Counted from the first letter of the stretch, positions 38,101 through 48,538 are shown. The stretch: DNA of 64,000 nucleotides from an uncultured Candidatus Poseidoniales archaeon (GCA_963997415.1 CAXEMN010000003.1:804-64803); one strand, 5' to 3'. The notes: generated by a model from the sequence alone, not told the origin. A program made the numbers and translations.

Positions 38101-40540
38101 CGCCCGCATCGGTGGTCGAAGTGCAATTGGCTGCATCGAAGTGAACCGCACCATCACCGTTGCTGATAACGGAACAAACATCGCCACGTTCCCAACTGAA
38201 GGCTGGATTTTCGCCATGCGAATTGTTCAGCGCAATGAGCGCATCAGTGACATAATCTACATCGTCACCAGGAGCAACACGAGTTACCAAGTTTCGGTAC
38301 ACGCCATCAGGTGCCACGAGACCACCCTCAAGGGATGCATCAACCGCCCGGGTTTGCATCTTGTAAGCCACGTCGATGTTTGTGATTTTTACTCGTCCTG
38401 AACTTGCTGCTTTGATGGCGATTGGCACGATCACATCGCCGTCACCATTCTCTGGAACGGCGTCATTAAAGGCTGCGATCAGTGATGGTGCATATTTGAC
38501 ATCGACGCCAATCTGAGACTCATCGCTTGCCTCAACCGCTGATTCATTGAGGAAGAGAAGAGACTCCCACTCCCAAGTCTGATCGTTGCCTATGTCGATT
38601 CTGGGCCGATCAGGATAGCCTTCTTCATATTCCAGAAGCATAGAATCAACGGTCGGAGTGTGGCTTGGGTCACTGGTTGACATCGTCACGGCATAGCGAA
38701 CTTTTGAACCTGCTTCGTCGGCGGTGAAACTTACTTCTTGACCGTTGGTTGCCGGCAGCCAAGTGGTGCCGTTGTCGTTTGACACTTGAATTTGGAGCGA
38801 AGTGCCTGCTGGTTCAGTCGATGTCCATTGCGGACGAACTTTTCCGACCTTCGTACCGGCCGTGAATGGGTCAGAAGTCCACGAACCACTCGCGAGGTAG
38901 GACGTTGCCATTTCAACATCAACCCACCAAGATACTGCGGTGGAGCCAATCAGTTGTGCCTTCCAAACGAGTTCAGTGCCTGGATAGGCAAAGTGGATTG
39001 TTTCATTTGAAGTCACTGACTCCCAGTGAGTCCCATTGTCAGCAGAGATCCAGTAATCGACGCGATCGCCAGTTGATGCTGCAGACCAGTACGTCTGCAT
39101 ATTCGCAGCCACAATGTCCTCGCCAGAAGTTGTCACTGGGCCATACCAAGTGGTCGTACCTGGTGCAGGCGTGGTTTTGTATTGCCAACCTGTCCCATAT
39201 TCTCGGTAGTAAAGTGTGGATGATGACCAGGTCGAATAGCCGCAATCGACGGTGACAAATCGGTTGCCATCAAATTGGAGGCCATAGCCAAGGGCGGAGA
39301 GAAGGCGAGTGCCCAACTGTGGAACCAGTGAGGAGGAGGAACCAGAGATTGCCCATGCCTCAAGTTGGTCTTTGTCTTGGCTCGTACTTCCTTTTTGGCA
39401 TCGCATGAAAAAGGTCGTTGAATTCACTTCCAATCCGCGAACTTGTTGCCCAGTCTTACCACATTCAAATGATGTGCCAGATGAAGATGAATAGGAGTAC
39501 ATGTTGGTACCGCGTTGATATTGGCCATCACCTGTTGTTGAGAATGTGTATGGCACGATGCGGCGTTGGGTATTGTGAACAATCCAAACTTCTTCTGTCG
39601 AACGATCATAGGCAATCGCAGTATAATCCGAGTATTGCGGTGATACATCATAGGTATCTAAGCACGTCCAAATGTCGTCTCTTGAGATATCCATCTCGAC
39701 CACACGATGGTATTGAGTTGGTGCAGAGGAACTGTAGTGGTATCGATAACCAGAGAGAATGGCAAACATACGTTCATCATCAGTCACCGTCCAATCACGG
39801 AAGCCATACGAACCGTAGTATGTGCTCGGGTGAAGGAAATTAATATTGCAATCCGCTTCTTCAAGATGAATGGTCGATTCGCGAGTGAGATTGTTTGGGT
39901 ATAATCGTTGAACGATGTTGTTGAAATTGGAGGTGCTCCATGTGGACATGAACAGCCAATCATGGTGCTTGAGAACTGCACCTTGAGATTGCTTGACAAG
40001 GCTGGATGCTGTTTTCAGATTTTGTTGAGAAAATCTATTCTCTGTCGCATTCGAAGTGTGTGGTTGTCGTAATGCATACGAGCCGTTATCCAACCAAGCA
40101 TCGGAATTTGAATCTGTAATTTCGTCATAGCCATGGGGGAAGAACGATTCACTCGTGTTTGAAAACGCCAGACTCAAATCCCCAGACCTTGCATCAACTG
40201 AAGATGAAAGTCCAGCCATCCAGTCCGAACGGTCATCGTCAATAAGCTGCGACCAACCTGTGGCAGATGCCCCTGAGAGGGTCATGCTCACATCCGTGAT
40301 CTTGGCACCTCGTGGCAAAGCAACCTCTGCACCGGCATCAGCATTACCGCCTTGGTATAGAGCCACATATTCAGTTGAACCATCAGCGAATTCGTAAACA
40401 TGACGAGCAACGCCAGATGCATCGCTTGGCTGAACCAAAACATCAGCAAAAGGCGACATCGGAGACAACACCATGATGGTGAAGAGCAAGAACATCACGC
40501 CGCGGCCGGCAGGAATATTGTCATGCACAACGCGTCCCAT
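35126..40540 (-). CDS. Giant (about 1800 aa) membrane-anchored surface protein with propeller-like/Asp-box and Ig-like regions
   Basis: Signal peptide; SADNGTHW and SNDNGTTW Asp-box-like motifs; C-terminal TM helix, Pro-rich linker and LPEGWTQEQW tail. Confidence 0.8.
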   Translation of the reverse strand: MGRVVHDNIPAGRGVMFLLFTIMVLSPMSPFADVLVQPSDASGVARHVYEFADGSTEYVALYQGGNADAGAEVALPRGAKITDVSMTLSGASATGWSQLIDDDRSDWMAGLSSSVDARSGDLSLAFSNTSESFFPHGYDEITDSNSDAWLDNGSYALRQPHTSNATENRFSQQNLKTASSLVKQSQGAVLKHHDWLFMSTWSTSNFNNIVQRLYPNNLTRESTIHLEEADCNINFLHPSTYYGSYGFRDWTVTDDERMFAILSGYRYHYSSSAPTQYHRVVEMDISRDDIWTCLDTYDVSPQYSDYTAIAYDRSTEEVWIVHNTQRRIVPYTFSTTGDGQYQRGTNMYSYSSSSGTSFECGKTGQQVRGLEVNSTTFFMRCQKGSTSQDKDQLEAWAISGSSSSLVPQLGTRLLSALGYGLQFDGNRFVTVDCGYSTWSSSTLYYREYGTGWQYKTTPAPGTTTWYGPVTTSGEDIVAANMQTYWSAASTGDRVDYWISADNGTHWESVTSNETIHFAYPGTELVWKAQLIGSTAVSWWVDVEMATSYLASGSWTSDPFTAGTKVGKVRPQWTSTEPAGTSLQIQVSNDNGTTWLPATNGQEVSFTADEAGSKVRYAVTMSTSDPSHTPTVDSMLLEYEEGYPDRPRIDIGNDQTWEWESLLFLNESAVEASDESQIGVDVKYAPSLIAAFNDAVPENGDGDVIVPIAIKAASSGRVKITNIDVAYKMQTRAVDASLEGGLVAPDGVYRNLVTRVAPGDDVDYVTDALIALNNSHGENPAFSWERGDVCSVISNGDGAVHFDAANCTSTTDAGDVVSIRMPMRVDWTWDDEAGTEALISVEDDLGLAVAAWETSSLDLVVENDIQLDGVRVFEETGRQLYNQDWVRGGFNLTFTGGIHFQNSQLSPLAGQFNLTIIGQNVTYDGDPIGEPVVLAVEQNPGFGEYNITFTAPLESAPGGMIFYVIASDLPNGSTYANPGYNTLRLILDGNSPLVLSSTPGDGEERHAGPPAPGGQSLSVLIQDSVDPPNQISLHYWIGCKASKAIGCSDYNFDGLPNEDEYEMKTLSSPETRAGGLNIFQGLIDDSMLDHGERVSYYVTGKDAQNNAVAMGKGPVCPDSTISCGYAPGETVPDWDNDLGTYKIRVEFEPELDLDNSTILGHDDKAPLHPGIPYSAQIVLSDRNGWQDIQYVQLALGGDYEDEDTSLFISLMADEDGMPTAIMEAGSSYIAVSNLYSSVSIDENNNSIIKILARFQLTWTFPELFDTNGENRIIPKVLVTDLPCNDGEVTPCFEAKAGLGNDAWSLDNDFRFDTMDGHIRAVELRDGTNHYNNEFSETLIGAGQALRVTGRVLFSEDDTPAPAGAFDVVFGDYDYQWRTSTRDGGEFSLDLLIPSVRSGHLDLRLDLDDLPGIALDETPIIPRVRLAVDSSRPTISAISLNEVSPGDPLSIGDAGDLLVMLETLDDYGFNLDEPAVLHYRVRAGEAEISRGSVPLPDTTPFGEQFFWTGYLDLTDAGATMLLPSYMVDVWVSGSDDAGNPFDTMDNSLLTPIASWPLALLGPSLDLSHEDTMISWSNPSPVEGEAVNLNVAVLNQGGKGDVAYVLQRAVEGGFWAEVVRVDVVASAGAFAEVQLGTVADVPQGQSVEYRLVVLVDEVEMDRRTVDPLIVKGETVRDGDALAQQASESTFAIVLYLVALLSLSLAMWMLVMNRRIRTEGLEGGISDETQSVVDEMNSKKEVPEVFSNEPQQPPAPAPQPAPVAAPAPSPTVPGQRAPPPLPPTGLPEGWTQEQWNHFGWQYVESMMK

Positions 40541-40598
40541 GATTGAGCACACGGGCTTGAGGTTTTAGACAATACGCAGTCATGTCACTGAACTGTTA

Positions 40599-43500
40599 TC
40601 ATCCAGTTTGACGAGAATCGTACCGAATTGGTGAAGAATCGCCACGAATACCGTCTTCTTCATCATCATGAACTTCAAACCAATCAACCATCCAATCACC
40701 GTCTGTATCCCAATTGGTTGGGTCGGTACCTTCGGCGATATGATCATTGTCGAAGTCAAGTAGATACCAGCCATATTCGTGTTCTCCGACAGCGCGAACG
40801 GGTGCTGAGAACGGAGAGCCTTCGTAGTAAATGTCCCACGCATCAGTCCAGTTGCCTGCAAGATGAACTTCATCATCTCCGGCATCCAAAACCAAGAAAT
40901 TGGTATCTTTGTCATCAACAATGTAGGCAAAACGAATGTCATTGGAAAACGATTGATCCATCTTGAGGTAGTTTTCCGTACTCGCACCGTTTTCATCCAG
41001 ACCCAACATGGCAGCTCTAAATTGCCACCACTCGAGAACAATCTCGCCATCATAGATCAGTCCACTCAGCCGTACAGCGTTCGGCGAGGCGTAGTCAGAA
41101 TCGGTAATGGCGTAGAATTCCTGGAAGTTGGTATAAGGTTCGTAAACACAACCCGCTCCAGTGCAATCCCAATTGCCATCTTGGTCGGGGTCAAGGTTTG
41201 CATCGAGGGGATCTGCAGGGTCCATGGTGAACCATGTGAACGTCAGATCAGGGCGACTTAGGGTGCCACCTGCACCTTGTTGCGACAATGGCAGACAGGA
41301 GTTCGTGTCAGTGTCACATTCACCACCGGTTGCTGCATCAATCCATACGACCTGGATTCTGAGGAACGAACTGAAATTATCGTTTGATTCATTCCATGCT
41401 TTGGCATATTCATACCAATCAGGAATCATGTCACCATCGGTATCGTTGTCGCTTGGATTTATTCCGTACTTGAACACCTCACGGCCATCCGATAGATTGT
41501 AATCACGGTCGTGTGCAACGACTGCACCGTTGACCACTGTCGTGGTGTAAGAGATGCTATCGCCATCTGTGTCATTCATGTCCGGGCGAGTTTGGTTGTC
41601 CCATTCCATCCAGTTCGTGAACGGAAGATCACCAAGACCTGATTGGATCACGTTTGGTGATGGCGTGAACACTCTTCCAGACCATGTGCCCTGTTCGGCC
41701 GGAATATCGAATGCAGTACGCCCATACCAGCCATCTCGGTCGCCATCGTAATCCACATCCCAAGGATTGATTGGATTCGAAGCCCAGTGGTTTGTGGTTG
41801 TTGGATCGTCCATTCCATACACAGCATAGCAGTATTCCCAACCATCAGGGATGCCATCGCCATCCGAGTCATCGCTTGTTGGATCTGCCACTCCGAGTAA
41901 TGTTCGGTTGAAATTATCGAAATTGTTCTCATTGATTTTTTGCATGCGGTCGGCGCTTGATGTTGACTTTTGGATGAAGTCATTGTAGAGTGCATCTTTA
42001 GCTTGCACCAGACTCATACCGGTTTCTTCCATGTATGCATTCATCGCATCTTCGCCAAAGTCGATGATGCCTAACGCTGCTGGAACTGAAGAGCGTTCGA
42101 GGTATTTACCCCATGTCCGAGATTCCCATTCTCTCAAATTGCTGAAGGTTTCGTTTTCTGTAATTGCTCCATCTCCATTGCAATCAAAACTATCGCCATC
42201 GGTGTCCAAATTCACGTCATTGTCGATCAATGGATTCATGCTCCAACGGTTTTGGTCGAGGTTCCAATCCGTGAACCAATACTCAAATCCATCATACATG
42301 CCATCGCCATCAGTATCTGGATTGGTTGGGTCCGTCATTCCAAGAAGAATAGAGATGATGGCGTTTGGCGGTTCACCTTGTTGCCAACCGTTGAAATCTG
42401 TAAGCAAACGCTTGCCTCGTGTTTCCTTCGTGATGAGAATGTTGAACACACGTTGTGCTTTTTCGGTGGATTGTTGTGCATCGCCGTCAATGTGCAGAAG
42501 AGGTGCATCATTTGGATGGTCGATACCGTTTTCAGGATTGGAGATGGCGAGAGCGAATTCTTGGGCATCGATAAGACCGTCTTCATCACCATCGAAATCA
42601 CCGTCACCTGCGACAAGTGGGTTGAGTGTCCAAGTTTCAGCAGAGAGATTCCATGCGGTAAAGAGGTGTTCAATTCCATCAAGCATGCCATCTCCATCGG
42701 TGTCGACGTTGTTTGGATCCGAAGTCCAACCGCTGATGTTGATCTGCTCTTGAGTGATGAATGAACCGAAGGATTCCGTCGTCGAAATACTCGGCCATTG
42801 CTGTAAAGCGAATGCTGAGCCTACGGTGGTGACAAACCATTGCGGAGAAGAGCGATTTTGATTGGTCTCACTGTATTCTGGAGCAATCGCATTGTACTCC
42901 TCCCAATTGGCCATTCCATCTTCATCCGCATCTTGCCATCGGTCGCTGGCATCGAGTGGATTAAGGGTCCAAGCATCGTCAAGGATGGCCCATCGAGCAA
43001 ACCAAATTTCCCAACCGTCCGGCATCCCATCGTCATCGGTATCTGCGCTGAATGGATTTGCCGCACCAACGCTGGTGATCGGCTGTGCCGCTGTGACCGC
43101 ACCAGACGCTCGCTCTCCAAACGTGGCTTCGGGCATTCCATAATCGCCAACATCGTTGAAAAGGTCAGTCGTGAATCCATCTGGAAGAGGAAGGCCAGAC
43201 ATCGTGGTGTTCGAAGTAAACAAGTCTGAGCGAATGTGGAATTCGAGCCAATTGACAAAAGCCTCGTTTTGGTCGAGAATTCCATCATGGTTGACGTCAT
43301 ATCCGTCACCATCAGGATTCTCAAACAAGTCAGAACCGTTCAGGGGATTGACGCCGACTCGGGACGGGTCCCAGTCACAAGCACCGTTTGATTCCCATCC
43401 ATCAGGCAAAGAGTCTCCATCTGAATCGACATCGTTTGGATCTGCGGTCGACCATGTTGCAGCTGATTCAGCAGATTCGCCATGGCTCTCAAACAGAAGG

Positions 43501-46352
43501 CCTTCCATGGCCGCTCCTTTGACAAGGGACCATTGATACTCACACAAATTGGCAAGGCCATCTTGGTCAGCATCCCAATTGGCGTCCTCAGCACGGTTAG
43601 GATCAAGGGACCAATTGTTCCCACCAGTGAAACTGGAACCAACCCACCTGCGGTGAGTGATTTCCCATCCATCAGGCATTCCGTCGCCGTCAGAGTCGAA
43701 ATTTGTTGGGTCCGTCCCTACATCCGTCGATGAGAGGCCAAGGTACGTAGCGTTGGCAGCCATACCAGCAGCATCATCACAAATGTATTCCAATTGAACA
43801 GTGTAATGGCACCACAGGTTGCTGGTTGTGTAGAAGAAACCGAAGTATTCCTCACCATCACCAAGACCATCGCCGTCGGTATCGCCCTCTTTTGGATTCG
43901 TAGAATTGTAACCAAGGGGCGTGGTTTCAACATAGCGGAATTCGTCAAGATTGGTCCAAAGCCGTTCTAGGAAGCCGTCGGGCGCTTGGTCGAGATCAAG
44001 TCCATCTCCATCCATGTCAAGCAACGCATCCCAAGGATCTGTTGGATCAAGTCCGTTAGCGACCTCCCAACCGTCTGGCATGCCATCATTATCTGAATCA
44101 TTGGCCCCAGGATTCATCAATTCGAGATTGGCATAACGACCTGGAGCAGACCCTGCTAAGATGGTGATGTTTCCATCCACATTGACCCAGTTGAGCGTGG
44201 CCAGTTCCCCATAAATCGGTTCTTGGTTTTGTAAACCGTAGACTGCGGTATAATCACCAGATATCGCCCAAAGGCCACGCTGCGATCCAATGAGCAGTTC
44301 ATCTCCCGTTGGGAATATGGAGTGGATGTTGTTGAGCTCTCTCGTGTATTGACCTTCGTCGCCAGGGTGTTCAAGCAATCCGCTATGCGAGATGCTGGCA
44401 TCAAGGAGGTTCATTCGATGGAGTCCCGACGGCGTCCCAAACCACAACACTTGGGCGTTGTTTGAATTTGGACCATCAAGAACCAATGTTCGCACCTCGG
44501 CAGGATTCGCCACCATGCCAAGGGAAAGTGAACGAAGTTCATCGATACTCGTCGGGATTGGGGTTGTTTCTGTCGTGTAGTGGAATCGCCAAGACGGAGT
44601 AAATTCATCCCGCACTGTGGCCGTTTCGGCCATAATGAGCCCCCTGTCTGTACCGACATAGAGCATTTTCGCACCCCCACCTGCTGCACCATGAGCAATG
44701 GAAGTCACGCTTGAATTCGATTCACTGAGGGCAGTGGATAGAGAAGAAGATATGTCATAACTTTGGACGATTGAACCCGCTGAATTGATCTCGATGATGG
44801 AGCCAACACCTGCATCACCCAAGGCAATTAACTGCTGGTTCTGACCCTCGATATCGAGTTCCTCCAAAGCATTGAGGCCATCTCCCATCTGCCACGACCA
44901 CGTTTCCAATGCGGCAAATGAACCATCTGCTTGCAGTGGCGCTACGGCCATTCCGATGCTTGTGCTCAGTGCCAATGCATAGGCGTCATCGCCACTTTTT
45001 AGGAGGAAGGAATCACGTAATTCAACGCCCTGAGGCATCCATTGGTCAACGCTCGTTTCTGCGTTCATGTCCATGAAGGTCAGTCCATAGCGAGTGGAAA
45101 CATAGACGTTGGTCCCGTCGGTTTCGATATCACGTAAATCGTAGTGTAAAACGCTCAATTCATCCGGAGATGCAGTGAATGTGAGTGGAATCAGATTTGA
45201 TGTTCCTTCTTTGTCACCATAGGCTACTGATTTCAATCCTGCAATGACCGTATTGCCATCATCTTCGTGCACCATATACTCTTCCAGTGTAGACAATGCT
45301 TCGCCGAGCTTGATCGCAGTTAATGTCCGACTCACATCAGGTGATACGCCACCGTCCCTATTTGCATCCCATCCATCGTTGTCGTGATCGATCAGAGCAT
45401 TTGTTCGATTCAGTGGGTCGAGACCGAAATGAACCTCCCATCCATCGGGAATGCCATCTCCAAAGGATGGGAACAAACGGCGAATTGAGAATCCATCCCA
45501 GTGGTATCGATCCGAATCATCGAGCAAGGGATCGGTACCCAACCATAGGTCTTCATCAATGACATTGGTCGCATTCGTTGTACAGGCAGTGAGAAGATTT
45601 TGGAAGGTCGCGTTCGCACCGGTCGGAATGAAAGGCCAGTTGAGAAGGACTGAGCCTTCCGGCAGTGATGCTGAACACCAAAGGCCATCCAATTCAGTGG
45701 TATGATTGGCAGGAGCGCCTTGGATATACTCTTCTGGAGAGGTGAATCTCTCTGTGACAGAAAGCACACCATCACGATTCACATCAAAGCCATCTTCATC
45801 GGGATCGTCTGTCAAATCGCTCGCATTGAGTGGATCGAATGCAGGGCATACATACCGTAGGGTAAAAATGTCGAATCCGCCAGTCCTGTGGCACATGTAA
45901 GCCTCATAACCATCCGGCATCCCATCGCCATCGGTGTCGGACAAACGAGGGTCGAGATAACTGCGTTCACCAGATTCATCCACCGTTCCTGTCAATCCTC
46001 TGGGGAACCCAGACGCCGTACAATTCGCTGGATAAGGCCAGCAATACTCTTCAGTTGCGTTGAGGCCATCGCGATCGTTATCGACGTATGCGTCAGATGC
46101 ATCTTCTTTGTCCATCCCCGGCATGTAGACGTCACGTCCATCAACGGTTGTCCAATTCATCCATTCTTCGAAGAGATTCTCATGAACATCAGGGATTTTA
46201 TCGCCATCGGTATCCGTTGAGGGTGGTTTCTCCCCCTCAGTGGTCTTTGGGTGAACGCTTGAAACCGATGAAATAGCAGGGAATTGCGACATAAAGAGCA
46301 GGCTTGCAATCACAGCAAGCGTTGTGAGAAGGGTGGTTAGGCTTCGTCGCAT
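40599..46352 (-). CDS. Giant (about 1917 aa) secreted or N-anchored protein with thrombospondin type-3-like Ca-binding repeats and a central beta-propeller-like domain
   Basis: More than 20 DxDxDG-type motifs (e.g. DTDGDGMPDGYE, DSDNDGMPDGWE); central blades VYVSTRYGL, LYVGTDRGL, LWFGTPSGL, LLIGSQRGL. Confidence 0.85.
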   Translation of the reverse strand: MRRSLTTLLTTLAVIASLLFMSQFPAISSVSSVHPKTTEGEKPPSTDTDGDKIPDVHENLFEEWMNWTTVDGRDVYMPGMDKEDASDAYVDNDRDGLNATEEYCWPYPANCTASGFPRGLTGTVDESGERSYLDPRLSDTDGDGMPDGYEAYMCHRTGGFDIFTLRYVCPAFDPLNASDLTDDPDEDGFDVNRDGVLSVTERFTSPEEYIQGAPANHTTELDGLWCSASLPEGSVLLNWPFIPTGANATFQNLLTACTTNATNVIDEDLWLGTDPLLDDSDRYHWDGFSIRRLFPSFGDGIPDGWEVHFGLDPLNRTNALIDHDNDGWDANRDGGVSPDVSRTLTAIKLGEALSTLEEYMVHEDDGNTVIAGLKSVAYGDKEGTSNLIPLTFTASPDELSVLHYDLRDIETDGTNVYVSTRYGLTFMDMNAETSVDQWMPQGVELRDSFLLKSGDDAYALALSTSIGMAVAPLQADGSFAALETWSWQMGDGLNALEELDIEGQNQQLIALGDAGVGSIIEINSAGSIVQSYDISSSLSTALSESNSSVTSIAHGAAGGGAKMLYVGTDRGLIMAETATVRDEFTPSWRFHYTTETTPIPTSIDELRSLSLGMVANPAEVRTLVLDGPNSNNAQVLWFGTPSGLHRMNLLDASISHSGLLEHPGDEGQYTRELNNIHSIFPTGDELLIGSQRGLWAISGDYTAVYGLQNQEPIYGELATLNWVNVDGNITILAGSAPGRYANLELMNPGANDSDNDGMPDGWEVANGLDPTDPWDALLDMDGDGLDLDQAPDGFLERLWTNLDEFRYVETTPLGYNSTNPKEGDTDGDGLGDGEEYFGFFYTTSNLWCHYTVQLEYICDDAAGMAANATYLGLSSTDVGTDPTNFDSDGDGMPDGWEITHRRWVGSSFTGGNNWSLDPNRAEDANWDADQDGLANLCEYQWSLVKGAAMEGLLFESHGESAESAATWSTADPNDVDSDGDSLPDGWESNGACDWDPSRVGVNPLNGSDLFENPDGDGYDVNHDGILDQNEAFVNWLEFHIRSDLFTSNTTMSGLPLPDGFTTDLFNDVGDYGMPEATFGERASGAVTAAQPITSVGAANPFSADTDDDGMPDGWEIWFARWAILDDAWTLNPLDASDRWQDADEDGMANWEEYNAIAPEYSETNQNRSSPQWFVTTVGSAFALQQWPSISTTESFGSFITQEQINISGWTSDPNNVDTDGDGMLDGIEHLFTAWNLSAETWTLNPLVAGDGDFDGDEDGLIDAQEFALAISNPENGIDHPNDAPLLHIDGDAQQSTEKAQRVFNILITKETRGKRLLTDFNGWQQGEPPNAIISILLGMTDPTNPDTDGDGMYDGFEYWFTDWNLDQNRWSMNPLIDNDVNLDTDGDSFDCNGDGAITENETFSNLREWESRTWGKYLERSSVPAALGIIDFGEDAMNAYMEETGMSLVQAKDALYNDFIQKSTSSADRMQKINENNFDNFNRTLLGVADPTSDDSDGDGIPDGWEYCYAVYGMDDPTTTNHWASNPINPWDVDYDGDRDGWYGRTAFDIPAEQGTWSGRVFTPSPNVIQSGLGDLPFTNWMEWDNQTRPDMNDTDGDSISYTTTVVNGAVVAHDRDYNLSDGREVFKYGINPSDNDTDGDMIPDWYEYAKAWNESNDNFSSFLRIQVVWIDAATGGECDTDTNSCLPLSQQGAGGTLSRPDLTFTWFTMDPADPLDANLDPDQDGNWDCTGAGCVYEPYTNFQEFYAITDSDYASPNAVRLSGLIYDGEIVLEWWQFRAAMLGLDENGASTENYLKMDQSFSNDIRFAYIVDDKDTNFLVLDAGDDEVHLAGNWTDAWDIYYEGSPFSAPVRAVGEHEYGWYLLDFDNDHIAEGTDPTNWDTDGDWMVDWFEVHDDEEDGIRGDSSPIRYDSRQTG

Positions 46353-46577
46353 TGTATCACCGGAGTGCAAGCCATAGGCTTCGCTGACCTTCAACCCTAA
46401 ATCGACACTTATGAGGATGATGGAGCGATGTTCGTACATATCGTGCTTCAAGGCACGGATTTCGGGCACGGTTGGACGGATGAACCGTTCCCTCGAAGAC
46501 TCGAATCTGTTGAAAAAAAGGACACTTCTCGGAAAATTGAATCGCTTTGTTCAAAGTCCCGCCGCGATGCGCTCGCT

Positions 46578-47405
46578 ATGTTCACCATGTCAATGAGCAT
46601 CACGCACCTTGGAACTGGCAGTCGCGGCAACGCGACCCTGCTGGAGACCGAGGGCGCCAAAGTCCTGATTGACCAGGGTTTCAGTGGGGCGCAACTGCAG
46701 AAACGATTGAATCGTTTAGGGATTGAACCGACAGAAATTGATTGCATTTTCATCAGCCACCACCATGGCGATCACGGAGGAGGTGCATGCATCGCCCAGA
46801 AGCGTTGGGGTCTGCACATCTTAGCAAATGAACGTACAGCACAAGAACTCGGTTTGGATCCTAAACTCACATCATATTTTGAAGCACTCGACATGGTCAG
46901 AGTTGGCGATGATTTGGCGGTCTTACCCGTACCTGTCCCCCACTCTGGTTCGGACAATGTGGCCTTTGTAGCAAGCCATGCTGGCGAACGTGCTGCAATC
47001 ATCACCGATTTAGGGTCGTGGACTGATGAATTGGTAACGCATGTGCGGGGTTGTGAACATATTGCAATTGAAGCGAATTATGACCATGACCGCTTGATGA
47101 ACGGGCCCTATCCCTACTCGCTCAAGGACCGAATTAGTGGAAGGGGTGGGCACTTGTCCAATGATCAAACTGGAGAATTCCTTGCGCAGGTGTGCACCTC
47201 AGCGACCCGAAGCATCAGCCTCACTCACTTGTCTGAAAAGAACAACCGTCCGCATCTTGCAGAATCGACCGTACTCTACCATATTGACGAAGTGTTCACT
47301 GGCGACATCACAATATCTCTGCAGGATGGTCCAGAGTACACGCACTACATCGGAAAGGGCGACGAAATGGAAACCTCCGCACCCAACGATTCCCTCGAGG
47401 CTTAA
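46578..47405 (+). CDS. MBL-fold metallo-hydrolase (YycJ/WalJ-like)
   Basis: LGTGSRGN, SHHHGDH, ITDLG, EANYD, GHLSNDQ, HLSEKNN. Confidence 0.88.
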   Translation: MFTMSMSITHLGTGSRGNATLLETEGAKVLIDQGFSGAQLQKRLNRLGIEPTEIDCIFISHHHGDHGGGACIAQKRWGLHILANERTAQELGLDPKLTSYFEALDMVRVGDDLAVLPVPVPHSGSDNVAFVASHAGERAAIITDLGSWTDELVTHVRGCEHIAIEANYDHDRLMNGPYPYSLKDRISGRGGHLSNDQTGEFLAQVCTSATRSISLTHLSEKNNRPHLAESTVLYHIDEVFTGDITISLQDGPEYTHYIGKGDEMETSAPNDSLEA

Positions 47406-47512
47406 CCCCTTGATTTTGGCTCGTTCAAGTGCACTTGAAGGTGAAGGGCTAAATGGTACCGAGCCTTGTCTCGTTCGTGAACAGTCGAGCCTGCTACGCA
47501 TCTCGTCCCGCC

Positions 47513-48538
47513 ATGCGCAGGGATGACCGAGCGGTAAGCGAAGTTCTTGGCGTCGTTATGCTGTTGGCCATGGTCATCACAATCATGGGCGGAGTGTGGA
47601 TTTTCTTGAACCCATACCTCACCGATTTCGAGGACAATACCAATTGGAACAGTGCTGTCGGAATTTCTGAGCGTTTCCAAGATCGAATCGATGTCGCTGG
47701 TGCAGCACCTGAAGGGACTGGAATTCGGCACACATTGGCATTACAATCGACCTTTATCCGCCCGATTGACAAGGTTGAGACATGGACGATAGCAGCAGAT
47801 CTCGTCCCCAATGAACAGATCACAATCGAGCATCTGAATTTGACAGCTTTGAGTGTCCAGGCCATCAATGAATCGGCTCGCTCCATCACGATTGAGACAC
47901 CCTATGGCATCGAAAGTTCATCATTCGACGGGACCCATGAAGAAGTGATTGTTCGCCACAACGCCTCCCGAGACCATTGGATGATGGTAACCGTACTCGA
48001 TGAGGACGCAACACCACTTCATCGAAGCCTAAGCTACTCCCTTTCGGGCATTCAAATCACAACATCACTCGGCCAAGGTGAACACGAATTAGCGTTGATG
48101 AACAACGCAAGAGTCGAACATTTCCCAAATGAACCATGGGCGGTCACATCATACCCAAGCATGAGCCTCGATCGGCTCGTCGATGGAGAATACAGACTCT
48201 CTATGCTTCTTTCAGACGTCACAATCAATGGATCACTGGGCACTGGAAATAGTATTGGCATGAACATGATTTCACTCGGCCCAATGACACTTTTCAGCGG
48301 AGAAGCATACAATGTACGGTTCACCGTTCTCAATGAACTGAATGACCTCATCACCCCACAATACCACGACAAGTGGCTCGATGAATACAACCTGAACCGA
48401 GCTTCCGGTACGCTGGATAGTTTCGTAGGCTATGGCCCATACGAAAGGGCCAGTGGAGCAGACGGATTCACCGTCGACACACACGGCATCCAGTTGTACC
48501 TCGAAGTTGATGTTCAGCGAGTGGAGGTGAGTCGATGA
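47513..48538 (+). CDS. Archaeal type IV pilin-like protein (class III signal peptide)
   Basis: MRRDDRA|VSEVLGVVMLLAMVITIMGG prepilin-like N-terminus. Confidence 0.82.
   Translation: MRRDDRAVSEVLGVVMLLAMVITIMGGVWIFLNPYLTDFEDNTNWNSAVGISERFQDRIDVAGAAPEGTGIRHTLALQSTFIRPIDKVETWTIAADLVPNEQITIEHLNLTALSVQAINESARSITIETPYGIESSSFDGTHEEVIVRHNASRDHWMMVTVLDEDATPLHRSLSYSLSGIQITTSLGQGEHELALMNNARVEHFPNEPWAVTSYPSMSLDRLVDGEYRLSMLLSDVTINGSLGTGNSIGMNMISLGPMTLFSGEAYNVRFTVLNELNDLITPQYHDKWLDEYNLNRASGTLDSFVGYGPYERASGADGFTVDTHGIQLYLEVDVQRVEVSR

Noticed and set aside
42031-42764. Long antisense ORFs (e.g. 240 aa at 42031; similar ones at 21506, 24922, 61638)
   Set aside because: Shadow frames opposite well-supported genes, with Ser/Pro-rich composition mirroring acidic codons and no recognisable motifs.
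40599-46352. Recurring CCATCGCCATC-like DNA words as a repeat array
   Set aside because: Explained by codons of the DxDGDG protein repeats; irregular spacing and degenerate at synonymous sites.
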